Origin: Alphaproteobacteria bacterium UBA6178
Lineage (GTDB): Bacteria; Pseudomonadota; Alphaproteobacteria; Rickettsiales; UBA3002
Length of the DNA stretch: 64,000 nt
Direction of reading: 5' to 3'
Assembly: GCA_002422205.1 (NCBI GenBank)
Contig: DITS01000033.1
Span: 4,083 to 68,082, forward strand
The notes under the pieces: model-generated
Told to the model about the DNA's origin: nothing
Database searches by the model: none
The model's input: only the letters and a program-made list of their open reading frames with translations
Shown here: positions 37,614 to 45,790 of the stretch, in pieces
Position numbering within the stretch: the first letter of the stretch is position 1
Layout: each line of letters starts with the position of its first letter
Made by a program: the position numbers and the translations under genes

Positions 37614-38510
37614 TTAATGGGTGAGGGCGGACTGCATGTGCTCATCTTTATTCATATATAGCACTTTCCGCATGTATGTGCGGATTGACCGCGCGTTGTC
37701 CTGTATTTCTTTTCCTAATATTTCAGCGGCATGGCGATCATATTCATATTCGTTGGGTTTATGCGGATTGCACGCACGGATTTGAAAAACTAATTGTGGC
37801 GGGGTGCCGGTTTTAGGGTTGCCGGATGTGCTGGCAACCCTTTTATCCAGTTGCATGATATTGCTACCCAAAACACCGTGCAGGCTATTAAAGGCTAAAT
37901 TCAGGCTACCATCTAATATTTTCTCATCACTGGTCAGTTTCTCGAGCGGAATTCTGATGGTGAAAGACTGAGTGGGCGACACTGCGGCAGACTGCTTAAC
38001 AGATTGCTCGATGCAGGCGGTTTTTAACTCGTCGATTATGGTTAAAGTGTTGATATGCAGTTTATTTATAGTGATTTGTGAGTGGTGGGGCCTATAATCA
38101 TCCAGCCGATGCCAGGCATGCTTGCCTTCGGTGAGGGGTGGGGGCAATAAATCACGCAAATAAGACTTGATATCAGCAAGTGATTGCGCAACCGAAGTGG
38201 CGTCTGGTGTGATATGCAGCGTAAAATATTGCTTCTTATCTTTTCCTTCTCCGCTTCGATGCGTGACGGTGAGTGGTAGATGCAATGATTCAAAAGACTC
38301 ATTTAAAAGCCCCGCAATGGATGGGGACTCCTGTGCTGTAACATTCAGCGGTAATTCCCAATCAACGGCGTGGTTAGGGGATTGATCCTTGGCCATGACT
38401 CGCCAATCGGTACAGAGGCTCATTGCGGAATACAGCATGTGGGTAATGTTGGATGCTGATGCCGAGCCATATACGGTTAAGGACGGGGTGTTAGCGTTGT
38501 CTAATGGCAT
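37614..38510 (-). CDS. orphan hypothetical protein (298 aa)
   Basis: The start is reset to MPLDNANT (ATG 38510). The 402-aa ORF-track form would overlap the amidase gene and the upstream box. Confidence 0.6.
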   Translation of the reverse strand: MPLDNANTPSLTVYGSASASNITHMLYSAMSLCTDWRVMAKDQSPNHAVDWELPLNVTAQESPSIAGLLNESFESLHLPLTVTHRSGEGKDKKQYFTLHITPDATSVAQSLADIKSYLRDLLPPPLTEGKHAWHRLDDYRPHHSQITINKLHINTLTIIDELKTACIEQSVKQSAAVSPTQSFTIRIPLEKLTSDEKILDGSLNLAFNSLHGVLGSNIMQLDKRVASTSGNPKTGTPPQLVFQIRACNPHKPNEYEYDRHAAEILGKEIQDNARSIRTYMRKVLYMNKDEHMQSALTH

Positions 38511-38570
38511 AAATCGTGTTTTCTCTTTTATGGCGGGGTGATGAGTAGTATAGGTATGTACAGGGAAGTT

Positions 38571-38588
38571 ATGACAGTTTCGTGACAA
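38571..38588 (-). promoter_or_regulatory. Pho-box-like direct repeat upstream of the 38510-36712 orphan pair
   Basis: In gene sense: TTGTCACGAAACTGTCAT, which matches the E. coli Pho-box consensus at 15 of 18 positions. TACATA lies 11 nt downstream. The box is 61 nt from the ATG. Confidence 0.55.
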
Positions 38589-38603
38589 AGCAGGGATATT
38601 CCG

Positions 38604-39341
38604 ATGACATTGCCAGCGTTTATCCCGTGTCCTTCGCCTAATTTCGATGGGAGAGGCGACGCGCCGATTGAAAAGCTGGTGCTGCATTATACGGGCATGC
38701 CCAGCGGTGCAGAGGCGATAGCGCGACTTTGTGATGCAAAGGCCGAAGTATCTGCGCATTATGTGGTAGAAGAAGACGGGCGGATTTTTCAGCTGGTGGA
38801 TGAAAAAGAGCGGGCGTGGCATGCGGGCATTGCCTTCTGGCGCGGCTGCCGCGACATTAATGCGCGCTCAATTGGCATTGAAATTGTTAATCCGGGGCAT
38901 GAATGGGGCTATCGCCCGTTCCCTGAGGCGCAAATGCACTCGGTGCTGGCGCTGTGTCAGGATATCTTTGCGCGACACCCAACGATTATACCGCGTAGTG
39001 TGGTGGGGCATTCGGATGTGGCCTTCCGACGCAAGACAGACCCGGGTGAGCTGTTTGACTGGCGCTGGCTGGCCGCCCATGGGGTGGGGCTGTGGCATGG
39101 CGATCCGCCGCCCAAAGAGGTGCATCATACCCTGCAACGCGCCGATGCGGGCGAAGCGATACGGCAAATGCAGGAAATGCTGGTATTTTATGGCTATGGC
39201 ATGCCGGTGGACGGAATCTATTGTGATGTGACCGAGCTGTGTGTGCAGGCGTTTCAGCGGCATTTTCGCCCCTTGCGCATTGACGGGAAGTGGGATGGTG
39301 ACTGCGCGGCCAGACTTGAACATTTGTTAAAACTGCTGTAA
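38604..39341 (+). CDS. N-acetylmuramoyl-L-alanine amidase (Amidase_2, AmpD/AmiD-like) with a C-terminal peptidoglycan-binding domain
   Basis: LVLHYTGM, AWHAGIAFW, SIGIEIVNPG and GHSD; the C-terminus has a PG_binding_1-like region (IRQMQEMLVFYGY...VDGIY). Confidence 0.85.
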   Translation: MTLPAFIPCPSPNFDGRGDAPIEKLVLHYTGMPSGAEAIARLCDAKAEVSAHYVVEEDGRIFQLVDEKERAWHAGIAFWRGCRDINARSIGIEIVNPGHEWGYRPFPEAQMHSVLALCQDIFARHPTIIPRSVVGHSDVAFRRKTDPGELFDWRWLAAHGVGLWHGDPPPKEVHHTLQRADAGEAIRQMQEMLVFYGYGMPVDGIYCDVTELCVQAFQRHFRPLRIDGKWDGDCAARLEHLLKLL

Positions 39342-39349
39342 TCAGGCCG

Positions 39350-39816
39350 GACCAGAGGGTCGGATGGCTGCGGGAGGAAACTTCCGAGGAAAGTCCGGGC
39401 TCCACGTAGCAGGATGGCGGGTAACACCCGCCCGGAGCAATCCGAGGGAAAGTGCAACAGAGAGTAGGTTTCCTTTTTTGTTGTTTCCCGCTTCGGTCTA
39501 CTGACCGCCGCGATGAAACAGGCTCAAGGCTGGGTTGCGCATCTGCGCTCCCTTCTTGTTCCCCGTAAGGGCATTAAGGGTAAAAGTGAAAGGGTGCGGT
39601 AAGAGCGCACCGCGCATCTGGTAACAGATGTGGCATGGTAAACCCCATCCGGAGCAAGACCAAATAGGGGCTGGCAGTCTCATTCGTGAGGCTTCGTGTG
39701 CTGCGCACGGTGTATCAGCCCGGGTAGGTTGCTAGAGGCGGCGGGTAATCGCCGTTCGAGATGAATAGTCATCACCGCGCAAGCGGGACAGAACCCGGCT
39801 TACAGACCCTCTGGTG
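39350..39816 (+). ncRNA. rnpB: RNase P RNA (bacterial type A) with an expanded P12 region
   Basis: GAGGAAAGTCCGGGCTCC (39386-39403), AGGGTGCGGTAAGAGCGCACCGCG, GGTAAACCCCATCCGGAGCAAGACCAAATAGGGG, and ACAGAACCCGGCTTA. P1 pairs CCAGAGGGTC (39352-39361) with GACCCTCTGG (39805-39814). Confidence 0.9.
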
Positions 39817-40050
39817 AGGATTTTTGTGTTTGCTCCTGCTTCGGGCTACTGCCCTTCGCAATGAACCTAACGCCTTCGGCGACTGAAGGCTCGGTCTGCT
39901 GACCTCGCTCTTTATTCTTCTGTCATGCTGCGGGGCGCGGAGCGTCAGCGCAGCATCTCGCTCCACCTCATGATATCCTGCGCTCTTGCTGTGCAAGCCG
40001 CAGGATGACTACCTTGGGGTTGGGCTTGGTCTACTGACCTCGTGTTATTG
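39817..40050. repeat. cluster of repeats downstream of rnpB
   Basis: It contains a second copy of the rnpB-internal element (TTTTTGTGTTTGCTCCTGCTTCGGGCTACTGCCC...), further CGGTCTRCTGACC cores, and the palindromes ATGCTGCG..CGCAGCAT and ATCCTGCG..CGCAGGAT. Confidence 0.7.
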
Positions 40051-40066
40051 AATTAGGCTTGGCCGT

Positions 40067-40358
40067 CTAGAGTTGTGGGCCACCTTTATTCGTAATCGGG
40101 AAAGCATTTAAGTACTCTGCCCAGCGATTAACTGGCATGCCGTTATTGGTATCCGGATGTATAGGTGCTTCGCCTTCATTATGTGTAAAGGTAGGGCCTT
40201 TGGGGGTGTAGTCAGGAATATCCGAGCCGGGCGAAGGGCCATGGGAAGCGGCATTCTCGCGTACAGCATCTGTCAATGGAGGTATGCCGCTAACACGTGG
40301 TCCATGCAATAAGATGCTCCGAAGGTGGAAGCGTAATTAAGGTCGAAGGCTTACTCAT
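40067..40358 (-). pseudogene. possible frameshifted orphan gene
   Basis: ATG 40358 sits 64 nt from the box at 40422-40439 and has GAGAGA upstream. It opens a 22-codon frame (MSKPSTLITLPPSEHLIAWTTC*). An 80-codon ORF in the +1 frame continues to 40067 but has only a TTG start. Confidence 0.3.
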
Positions 40359-40421
40359 AGTTTTCTCTCATTTCTCTCGGTTGGCTGATCTGTATAGGGC
40401 CTTCACATATAGCATCCCAAT

Positions 40422-40439
40422 ATGACGATTTGATGATGA
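40422..40439 (-). promoter_or_regulatory. Pho-box-like direct repeat
   Basis: In gene sense: TCATCATCAAATCGTCAT. TATATG lies 11 nt downstream. Confidence 0.45.
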
Positions 40440-40520
40440 TGAGAGGAAAAATTGGCTTTTTTATCGTTCATCGTGGCGAATTTTTCAGGCAATTCAGTTA
40501 GACGCTTAACTCATGCACAT

Positions 40521-40597
40521 CCCAAATAATGCTTGACTGTACCCAAAATTATACATACCATCCCAATTGTTCCCAAGAAAACCCAAGATCAACCAAA
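40521..40597 (+). promoter_or_regulatory. candidate dcw promoter and MraZ-type operator (NCCCAA repeats in 10-bp register)
   Basis: CCCAA occurs at 40521, 40542, 40562, 40572 and 40582, with a degenerate ACCAA at 40592. TTGACT (40533) -17 nt- TACCAT is a possible sigma-70 promoter. Confidence 0.4.
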
Positions 40598-40752
40598 TGG
40601 GAACCTTGAGGCAGGCAGTCGCTGGATTGAAAGGGATCGTCCGCCCCATGTTTAAAAAACAACAAGGTTGGTTACGCGTATTTGATAGGGGATGGGTGTT
40701 GCTCATCCCCGTCGCGTCAGCCGCCGCAGGTGAGGACGGGTGGATTTGTGTG

Positions 40753-41220
40753 ATGGCGCTGTTTCTGTCCACATATGAGAAAAAGATCGACAAGAAGGGG
40801 CGGGTGTCCGTTCCGGTGTCGTTTCGCGGCGCGTTGGCAGGGCAGAATTTTAACGGCGTCATTGTGTATGCGTCGTTTATCCATTCCTGCATTGAGGCGT
40901 GCGGCATGGATCGGATCGAGAAGCTCTATGAGCAGATCGAAACACTGGACCCGTTCTCGGAAGAGCGCGACGCGTTTGCGACGGCGATTCTGGGCGGTAG
41001 TCAGCAGTTGGCATTTGACGGCGAAGGCCGTGTGAGTTTGCCAGAAGAGCTGATGAAGGAAGCGGGGATTGAAGAAGGTTGCGTGTTTGTGGGAAAAGGC
41101 GCGACATTTGAGATTTGGGAGCCGAAGGCATTTGCGACCTATGAGGCTGAGTCGCGGAAGCTGGCAAAAGAAAAGCGCCTGGCGCTGCGCTCGGATTCGA
41201 TGCGCGGAGGCGCGGCATGA
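40753..41220 (+). CDS. mraZ: division/cell wall cluster transcriptional regulator MraZ
   Basis: MALFLSTYEKKIDKKGRVSVP... The ORF-track N-terminal extension is rejected. Confidence 0.92.
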   Translation: MALFLSTYEKKIDKKGRVSVPVSFRGALAGQNFNGVIVYASFIHSCIEACGMDRIEKLYEQIETLDPFSEERDAFATAILGGSQQLAFDGEGRVSLPEELMKEAGIEEGCVFVGKGATFEIWEPKAFATYEAESRKLAKEKRLALRSDSMRGGAA

Positions 41221-42185
41221 GCGGGGCGACGGAGACATTGCACAAGCCGGTGATGCTGGCGGAAGTGATGCAGGTGCTGGGACCGCGCGACGGAGAGATA
41301 TATATTGATGCCACATTCGGTGCAGGCGGTTATAGCCGCGCCATGTTGGAATCAGCGGAATGCAGGGTTTACGCGATTGATCGCGACCCTCAGGTGGTTA
41401 TGCTTGCCGATGCACTCGCCCGGGATTTTCCCGGGCGCTTTCTTTTGCTGACGGGGTGTTTTGGTGACATGTTGTCGCTGATGGAAGCCGAAGGCGTTGC
41501 GTCGGTGGACGGCATTGTGATGGATTTGGGCGTATCGTCGATGCAGATCGACCAGCCGGATCGCGGGTTTTCCTTTCGTTTTGACGGGCCGCTGGATATG
41601 CGCATGGGCAGCTGTACGCTGGATGCGGCGACGCTGGTGAATCATCTGCCCGCCGATGAGCTGGCGGATATACTTTATCAATATGGTGAAGAAAAAGCGT
41701 CGCGCAAGATTGCAGCGGCGATTGTGGCGGCGCGCGAGATTGCGCCGATTGAAACCACGACGCAGCTGGCGGATATTGTGCGCAGTGTGGTGCGTAAAAC
41801 CGATAAGATCGATCCGGCGACGCGGACCTTTCAGGCGCTGCGGATTAAAGTCAATGACGAGCTGGGCGAGATTGAACGCGCGCTGGCGTCGGCGCCGCAT
41901 TTGCTGCGCCCGGGTGGACGGTTGATTGCAGTGAGCTTTCACTCATTGGAAGACCGGATTGTGAAGCGGTTTTTGCGCCCGCAATCGAAAGCAATTTCAC
42001 GGCATGATCCCCATTTTATGCTGCAGCAAGAAGAAGCGGTAAACGCTCATTTTGATTTGCCTCAGTCCAAGCCGATACACGCTTCGGATGAGGAAAGCTA
42101 TGTCAATCCCCGTGCGCGCTCGGCCAAGTTACGCGTTGCAATCCGCAATGAAGTACCGGTGCTGCATGGGGAGTCGGAGACATGA
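41217..42185 (+). CDS. rsmH: 16S rRNA (cytosine1402-N4)-methyltransferase
   Basis: HKPVMLAEV..., DATFGAGGYS, DLGVSSMQ, and SFHSLEDRIVK. Confidence 0.95.
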   Translation: MSGATETLHKPVMLAEVMQVLGPRDGEIYIDATFGAGGYSRAMLESAECRVYAIDRDPQVVMLADALARDFPGRFLLLTGCFGDMLSLMEAEGVASVDGIVMDLGVSSMQIDQPDRGFSFRFDGPLDMRMGSCTLDAATLVNHLPADELADILYQYGEEKASRKIAAAIVAAREIAPIETTTQLADIVRSVVRKTDKIDPATRTFQALRIKVNDELGEIERALASAPHLLRPGGRLIAVSFHSLEDRIVKRFLRPQSKAISRHDPHFMLQQEEAVNAHFDLPQSKPIHASDEESYVNPRARSAKLRVAIRNEVPVLHGESET

Positions 42186-42517
42186 CGCGCAAGCTTTCCA
42201 CAATACATTGGGTATTTTTATTTGGGCTGGCGGCGCTTGCACTCTATTTAGTAAAATATCAGGTGCAGGATGTGAAGCGCGAGCTGGTGGGTCTGCGTTA
42301 TGATTTGCAGCAAGAACAAGAATCGCTGCGTTTGCTACAGGCGGAATGGGCGTATCTGAACCGGCCTGAGCGGCTGCGCCGTTTGGCGTCGCGCTATTTA
42401 CAATTACAGCCTTATCAGGCCACCCATATTATGGCGATGGAGCAGCTGCCGATGCGTGCGGCAGGGCTTTCGACACCCATTGGATTTGATGCACCGTCTT
42501 CAGTGGGGGGGCAGTAA
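42182..42517 (+). CDS. ftsL: cell division protein FtsL (alphaproteobacterial type)
   Basis: 111 aa, single TM plus coiled coil, in the canonical position between rsmH and ftsI. Confidence 0.8.
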   Translation: MTRKLSTIHWVFLFGLAALALYLVKYQVQDVKRELVGLRYDLQQEQESLRLLQAEWAYLNRPERLRRLASRYLQLQPYQATHIMAMEQLPMRAAGLSTPIGFDAPSSVGGQ

Positions 42518-44334
42518 TGTCGCGCCGCATGTATCGCCATACCCGCCGTCCTGCTGCCCGCGTGATCAAGCGCGAAAGTAAAATGCTGCATGTGATGGAG
42601 CAAAGCCAGATTCGGGTGTTTACGATTCTGGTGGGGTTTGGGTTTTGCTTTTTGGTGCTGTCGTTGCGGTTGATTGAGGTAAGCCTTGTGGGTGGCGGCG
42701 AACTGCCCTTTAAGCGGTTGGTGACGGAACCGCAGCTGATGTTGCAGGCGGAAGAAAAGCGCGATGACAAACCGGTGTTGCCAGCAAAAATATTGCGCGG
42801 TGATGTGGTGGATCGTAATGGTATGTTGCTGGCCACTAATGTGCGTTCGGCATCACTCGCGGCTAACCCGACATTGATTCGTCAGCCGGCCAAAGTCGCG
42901 CGTGATTTAGCGTCGGTTTTAAGCGGGGTGAATGAACAGGAATTGCTGCGCAAACTGGAGCAGAAAAACAGCAAATTTGCGTATGTCAAACGTCACTTAA
43001 CGCCACGCGAGCAAGAGCGGGTGAATGCGCTGGGAGTACCGGGTTTATTCTTTGAAGACAGTGTGCGGCGCGTGTACCCGTTTGGTGCGCTGGGCTCGCA
43101 TGTGGTGGGGTATGTCGATGTCGATAATAATGGCATTTCGGGCATTGAAAAACAGTTTGATGCACAGCTGGCGCGCAGTCTGGATAGCAATCCGGTGACC
43201 CTGTCGCTGGATATCCGCCTGCAATCGATTATGGCGGAAGAAATTCAAAAGGGCATGGATGAATTTAAAAGTATCGGCGGCGCGGGGCTGATTATGGATA
43301 TTGCCTCGGGTGAGATGCTGTCGATGGTGAGTTTGCCCAGCTTTGATCCCCATGATGCGGGGCATGCTTCGGCGGATAGTAAGTTTAATCGCGTGTCGCT
43401 GGGCGCGTATGAGATGGGCTCGACCTTTAAGAGCTTTACGGCGGCTATGGCGCTGGAGAAGGGCGTGGTGGGCATGCGTGACGGCTATGATGCGAGCAGC
43501 CCGATTCGCAGCGCCGGTTATACGATCAATGATTCGCACCCTTATTATCGGTGGCTGAGCGTGCCGGAGATTTTTGCGTATTCGTCGAATATCGGCACGG
43601 TGAAAATGGCAATGGATGTGGGCACATCCTATCAGAAACGCTTTCTGGGTAATCTGGGGATGATGCGGCCTGTGGACATAGAATTGCCCGAGCGGGCGCA
43701 ACCTTTGTCACCGGCTGACTGGCGGCCAATCAACAGCATGACGATTTCGTACGGGCACGGTATTTCGGTGTCGCCTTTGCATCTGGCGCAAGGGATTTCG
43801 ACGATGGTCAATGGTGGGTATAAAACGTCGATGACATTGCTGAAAGATGGCAATAAAGACAAAGGAAAAGGTGAGCGTATCATTAAGGAAGAGACATCCT
43901 TTCAGATGCGTAAGCTGATGCAGTATGTGGTGGAATATGGTACCGCCAAAAAGGCCAATGTCGCGGGCTACCAGATGGGCGGTAAAACCGGCACAGCAGA
44001 GAAGGTGGTCAACGGGCGTTACAAGGATAAAGCCAAGCTGGCGATCTTTGTCGGGGCATTTCCGATTCAGGACCCGCGCTATCTGATTTTTGTGATGATT
44101 GATGAGCCGCAGGGCAATAAGAGCACCTTTGGCTATGCGACCGGTGGTTGGGTGTCGGCACCGGTGGTGTCCAATATTGTGTCGCGCATGGGGCCACTGA
44201 TGGGGCTGGAGCCGGTGTTCTCCGAGCCGGACCCACAAGAAAAAGCCTTCTGGCAAACCGCAGAACAACGCAACCGCGATGCGCGTGAGCGACGCTTTAA
44301 TCCGGGGAGGGATGTGCATGCAGTCTCTTACTGA
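42517..44334 (+). CDS. ftsI: peptidoglycan D,D-transpeptidase FtsI (PBP3)
   Basis: STFK, SSN and KTGT motifs; TAATG overlap with ftsL. Confidence 0.95.
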   Translation: MSRRMYRHTRRPAARVIKRESKMLHVMEQSQIRVFTILVGFGFCFLVLSLRLIEVSLVGGGELPFKRLVTEPQLMLQAEEKRDDKPVLPAKILRGDVVDRNGMLLATNVRSASLAANPTLIRQPAKVARDLASVLSGVNEQELLRKLEQKNSKFAYVKRHLTPREQERVNALGVPGLFFEDSVRRVYPFGALGSHVVGYVDVDNNGISGIEKQFDAQLARSLDSNPVTLSLDIRLQSIMAEEIQKGMDEFKSIGGAGLIMDIASGEMLSMVSLPSFDPHDAGHASADSKFNRVSLGAYEMGSTFKSFTAAMALEKGVVGMRDGYDASSPIRSAGYTINDSHPYYRWLSVPEIFAYSSNIGTVKMAMDVGTSYQKRFLGNLGMMRPVDIELPERAQPLSPADWRPINSMTISYGHGISVSPLHLAQGISTMVNGGYKTSMTLLKDGNKDKGKGERIIKEETSFQMRKLMQYVVEYGTAKKANVAGYQMGGKTGTAEKVVNGRYKDKAKLAIFVGAFPIQDPRYLIFVMIDEPQGNKSTFGYATGGWVSAPVVSNIVSRMGPLMGLEPVFSEPDPQEKAFWQTAEQRNRDARERRFNPGRDVHAVSY

Positions 44335-45790
44335 TTTATTGGCGCTGTCATCGGTTGATGCGAGTGTGGAAGGGGATATGGCGGTGCAGATTCACTCGAT
44401 CACCTCGGATTCGCGTATGGTGAGCGCGGGCGCGCTTTTTGCAGCGATTACCGGTGTGCAGCAAGATGGCGTGGCGTTTATTGATGATGCGATTCAAAAA
44501 GGCGCATCGGCGATTATGTTGCAGCGCAAAATCGAGAAGGATAATCCGCAGCAGAATACTTTTGTGCGGGTCGATCATGTGCGGCATGCGCTGGCACGAA
44601 TGGCTGCAGCATTTTATGGTGCGCAGCCAAAGCATTTGGTGGCAGTGACGGGTACGAATGGCAAAACCTCGATTGCCGAATTTTACCGTCAGTTATGGAT
44701 GCTGGAAGGCAAATTGTCGGCGTCGATCGGGACGTTGGGATTGCGCAGCAATGATGCAGAGCGCGATGCGCAATATCCAGCAAATAATACCTCGCCCGAT
44801 CCGGTGATGCTATCGCAAATGTTGGCTGATTTGGCGCAAGGCGGGGTGCAGCATGTGGCTTTGGAAGCATCGAGCCATGGGTTGGATCAATACCGGTTGG
44901 ACGGGGTGAAAATTGAGGCGGCGGCGTATAGTAATATCAGTCGTGATCATCTGGATTATCATGCGTCGATGGATGAATATTTTGCGGCGAAAACACGGCT
45001 GTTCACGCAACTGGAATGGTCGGGCAATGTGGCGGTGATTAATGCGGATGATGCGCATGCCGAGTCGCTGATGGCGTTGTGCATAACGCATGGGCGTGAG
45101 GTGCGAAGCTATGGGCATGCGGGGACGTATTTGCGTTTGCTGGAAGTGACACCAACAGCGCAGGGGCTGCATGTATCGTTGGAGATGGCAGGGCAGCCAT
45201 GGCAGGGGACAATTCCGCTGTTTGGTGCGTTTCAGGTATATAATGTGGCAGCGGCTTTGTCGCTGGCGGTCGCGAGTGGGATGAGCGTGGATCATACGCT
45301 GGCGCATATACCGCGGCTGCAAGGGGTGCGCGGGCGGATGGAATGCGTGGCGCATCATCCTGATGGCGCACCGGTATTTGTGGATTATGCGCATACACCG
45401 GATGCGTTGCAGAATGTGTTGCAATCCTTACGCGCACATACGGCGGGGAAGCTGCATGTAGTGTTTGGTTGTGGTGGCAATCGCGATGCGGGCAAGCGCC
45501 CATTGATGGGTGATGTTGCAGCGCAATATGCGGATGTGGTGATAGTGACGGATGATAACCCGCGCAAGGAAGAGGCGGCAGCGATTCGTGCGGCCATCAT
45601 GGCTACCGTGCCGCAGGCAACAGAGATTGGTAATCGTACCCATGCGATTCGCCATGCAATAACGAAACTGGCTGCTGGCGACGTGCTGGTGGTGGCTGGA
45701 AAAGGACATGAGACCTATCAGATAATAGGCGAAAAAAGCGAGCATTTCGATGACGCAGAACAAATAAGGGAGGCGATAGCCGCGCTATGA
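44318..45790 (+). CDS. murE: UDP-N-acetylmuramoyl-L-alanyl-D-glutamate--2,6-diaminopimelate ligase
   Basis: VTGTNGKTS, and DNPR within VTDDNPRKE. The start is at ATG 44318, 7 nt after GGGGAGG. Confidence 0.93.
   Translation: MQSLTDLLALSSVDASVEGDMAVQIHSITSDSRMVSAGALFAAITGVQQDGVAFIDDAIQKGASAIMLQRKIEKDNPQQNTFVRVDHVRHALARMAAAFYGAQPKHLVAVTGTNGKTSIAEFYRQLWMLEGKLSASIGTLGLRSNDAERDAQYPANNTSPDPVMLSQMLADLAQGGVQHVALEASSHGLDQYRLDGVKIEAAAYSNISRDHLDYHASMDEYFAAKTRLFTQLEWSGNVAVINADDAHAESLMALCITHGREVRSYGHAGTYLRLLEVTPTAQGLHVSLEMAGQPWQGTIPLFGAFQVYNVAAALSLAVASGMSVDHTLAHIPRLQGVRGRMECVAHHPDGAPVFVDYAHTPDALQNVLQSLRAHTAGKLHVVFGCGGNRDAGKRPLMGDVAAQYADVVIVTDDNPRKEEAAAIRAAIMATVPQATEIGNRTHAIRHAITKLAAGDVLVVAGKGHETYQIIGEKSEHFDDAEQIREAIAAL

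Noticed and set aside
38511-38822. N-terminal 104 codons of the 402-aa ORF-track version of the orphan at 37614
   Set aside because: This stretch would overlap the amidase gene by more than 200 nt and would contain the gene's own upstream box. It has an R/H/C-rich, non-protein-like composition. ATG 38510 sits at the regulon-typical distance from the box.
39254-39996. Three small minus-strand ORFs (39254-39457, 39498-39683, 39772-39996)
   Set aside because: They overlap the RNase P RNA gene and the repeat field downstream of it.
40567-40752. 62-codon N-terminal extension of mraZ in the ORF track
   Set aside because: MraZ proteins start at M(A)LF(L)S.Y. The extension covers the promoter and operator repeats.
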